Of a stretch of DNA of 64,000 nucleotides, positions 60,985-64,000 are shown in pieces. Positions within the stretch are counted from its first letter, which is position 1. Every line of letters begins with the position of its first letter. This stretch comes from Tubiluchus corallicola. Its lineage: Eukaryota; Animalia; Priapulida. Below the pieces are notes generated by a model that saw nothing but the letters and a program-made list of their open reading frames with translations, ran no database searches and was not told where the DNA came from. The stretch covers positions 248,001 to 312,000 of the forward strand of contig JAQGDQ010000067.1 of assembly GCA_030141605.1 (NCBI GenBank). Reading direction: 5' to 3'. Both the position numbers and the translations under genes were made by a program.

Positions 60985-61749
60985 CAGGACCGTGCTGAGC
61001 TGGGCAAGTGCTCAGGCCAGATGGGAAGACTGTAAACCCTATTATTCTAATCAATGCAAAGTACGCGTTTTTGAACAATTCGGTACAATGCAAGGCAGAA
61101 CGCAACATTCAATAGCAGGGCCTACTCAACGTCCATGTGAATTTGTGTCAAGACCGGACCCTAGCTCCTCATCAAGTGTAAAGTCTCAAAGATAAGACAC
61201 TGGACAGGCAGAGCTAGTTATCTTAGCTATTTTCCGGTGTGTATACGTTGTCTCACTATGAAAGAGAAAATGAAAAGCAGCGATTTATAAAAAGGCAAAA
61301 GTAATAATGAATCTCACCACCATAATTAAACGCACTAAAATCCCTGCCTGGCCTGACTTGGTGTACGGAAATGTTCAAAAACTGGAAAAGGCACAGAGCG
61401 CCATTTGAGCCATTCTGTTTTTACACTCAGGACTTGTCTACACTATAGTGACTACGATAATAAATTGAAGGTAATACCACGTCATGTAATGAAATTCTCA
61501 CCAGACGTTCTGGGGTGATTTATTAAAAACTAGTCCCAGGATCACACAGCTATTTGAAACAGGAAGTCATAAAATTTTTAAATCTTTTATGCTAAAACTT
61601 TACCCGAAGAAAAACAGAATTTGACATACTGAGTTTGAATCCGGCTGGTACTGACCTTGGAATTTAAAGAATCTCACATAGAAGCTGAAGCTCAACAACG
61701 AATCTAGCCATTTCAAGCATGGTTTGATTTGTACACACATAAGTAAATA

Positions 61750-62645
61750 AGCACTTTATTGCCATTATAGCATAATACATCCAATGAAATTTATGTGGTT
61801 TTACGTACTGCAATAACTTATGGAAACAACAAGAAGATTAATACAAATAATTCCATCAGTTGTGCAGTGACATAGAGAATTAATAATGCAGATTTACTGA
61901 AATGTACTGTTTATTATGCGAATTGCAACGGGATAGAAAGAATTTAAAGTTCTTGTGGTTTTAGTATTAATTGAGCGGAATCTTCGACCGGAGGGGAGCA
62001 TTTTAAAGTATTTATTACCTGAATGATATTTATCTTTCATGATAACTTGCACTCTCTTTGCGACCCTAGTTTCATACAAATACGCCATTGATTGCTATTG
62101 AATCACTACAATTTTTTAGGCGGATTTAACAATTTGATCAAGAGCATTGCAATCTCTCTGCATGACAGCGCCATACCAAACAGTAAGGGGTGTCGTTAAG
62201 ACGCTCTCAATGACTGCACGATTAAAACTTTCCACCGCAGTAGGGGCAGTGTTGAATTATTTCAATTATCTTAAAAAGTACAGACGCTGGCTGGCCTTTT
62301 TTTACACTATAGAGCACATTAGCTTCCCATTTAAGATCATCTGAAATTTTTATTCCCAGAAATTTGAAATCTTTAACAATTTCTACAGCTACAATTACAA
62401 AGATGGTTTTCCATCAGGCTATTTCTAAAGTCTACAATACGTTCCAAATTATACTGTTCGCACCACCCTATTAAATTTTGAACTTCCAAAAATAATTAGT
62501 CTGGTTGTTACTTCAAATAAGGCCAGCAAGTATGGTATCATCAGCGAATTTTACCGTCGTAGTATTTGGGGAGGATACTTCACAGACTCACAGTCATCTG
62601 TAAACAATGTGTATAGCATTGGAGACAGGACTCACCCTTGAGGAT
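61750..62645 (-). mobile_element. Rex1/Babar-like LINE RT 3' fragment
   Basis: PQG*VLSPMLYTLFTDDC, VKFADDT and terminal MLPSGRRFRSINTKTTRTLNSFYPVAIRIIN, with minus AATAAA at about 61755. Confidence 0.8.
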
Positions 62646-64000
62646 AAATAAGTCACATGATAAATTAAATAAGTACAAAAAGCACGCAGCTTTATTTAGG
62701 TGGACGCATGATATAATTTGTTTTTCTGATATTTTTGTGTTTCGAACCTACATTATCCTATGATATCGCAAATTCAGGACCAAGTCCTTAACTGTAGCCT
62801 ATATTAGCGGTTGAGTCCGTTGAATAGTTCGTGCATAAAATTTAATGTTAATGAATATCATGCAAGAGATAATTAATAGTTGCTACTTTCGTTTTCACTT
62901 GCATGGCTAAAGCACAGCGAAAAAGTTATAAGCTCACGATCGCGTTACCATGGTAACCAGGTAAGACTCAGTGATATCGCTATAGTTGTTGCCCTGAGCA
63001 AATCAAATCGATGTGCATCATATTAGTAATATATCCGTACCGTGAGGTTGCAGGTACAAATGCAAGTGTTTTACCACTTACAGTAAAACTAATGAATTTT
63101 ATTGTAATGCCCAATACTAGCTGAATGGAGATTTCTCTTTACAGAGACGCCTCTTTACAGAGTCAATCACAGGACGAGGAAACACGTGTCCCACAAAAAG
63201 TTGATTCGATTTAATGCTTTTTATTTCAACGTTTGCGAAAGTTTCAAATATATTATACACATGTCACACTTTTTCTATTTACACAAATGCATCAAGTGAT
63301 TACGTAAATTTGTTACAGTTTTTAACAGTATTTACAGTATTTTTGTTACATTGCTGATCTGCATAACTATAATACTCGTAACAGGGTTTAATTTTCATTA
63401 TATCCAACTGCAGAACAGACTTACAGAAATTCTGTATTAAATATCATGATCCGTATATATAGAATACAATTTCAAATCATTTAGAAAGGCTCACTTCGAT
63501 ATATAGTCGATGTCAACAAAAACAATTCATATTGAAATGATGGTGGCCAAGAGGTGCAGGGTTCAAAATTGGATTGTTGCAATCTTGTAGCACTAGTGAC
63601 CACTAGTGACGACGTAAACTGCAAATTGAACAGGCAGTTTATAGTTAGAAACTGGGTTCTGTAAAGTGTTCAATAAAGGGTTGCTCATGCTAGCTGCAAT
63701 TACAATACAAGTGCTTAGTTGGTAAACACACCTGGCCCCTTCCACAACGACGGTTTTATACCTGGTATTCAACGCCACTATGGCTTCGTACGGAAGAGTC
63801 CATCCAAATGAAGAGGGTGGGGGTCGATAATAAATGACATTTCGCCCCTATAACAATATGTATAATTATCTTGATGTGATATTTTGAATTGTGTTTTATC
63901 TATACAAATGAGTTATATTACTCACTTATCTTGATTGATTCCGGTAAACTTAAATTTTCTCAATAATATTGATATGTGTCTTTTGAAATTTCCTATTACA

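Overview
AT-rich eukaryotic (invertebrate metazoan-like) genomic DNA, not prokaryotic. The main feature is one complete minus-strand cadherin-related gene that I reconstructed by hand from GT-AG splice sites. It has 15 coding exons between 8198 and 40850, every intron phase is consistent, and the product is about 702 aa: signal peptide, five extracellular cadherin (EC) repeats with a PCDH15/Cad99C/CDHR5-type EC1-EC3, a TM helix and a short tail ending FESI. A candidate non-coding first exon with TATA/Inr lies at about 45.8-45.96 kb. The rest is a dense, partly nested set of decayed transposons: CR1/L2-group LINEs (one with an SGNH-esterase ORF1 and a decayed 2A-like peptide), a Rex1/Babar fragment, three Gypsy remnants, a solo LTR, a hAT with TIRs and 8-bp TSD, Helitron-type elements, MITEs with periodic subterminal motifs, SINE heads and microsatellites. 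I see no convincing wholly new biological system. The best leads are the short PCDH15-like cadherin and several unusual TE structures. All family assignments rest on motif recognition, not database searches.
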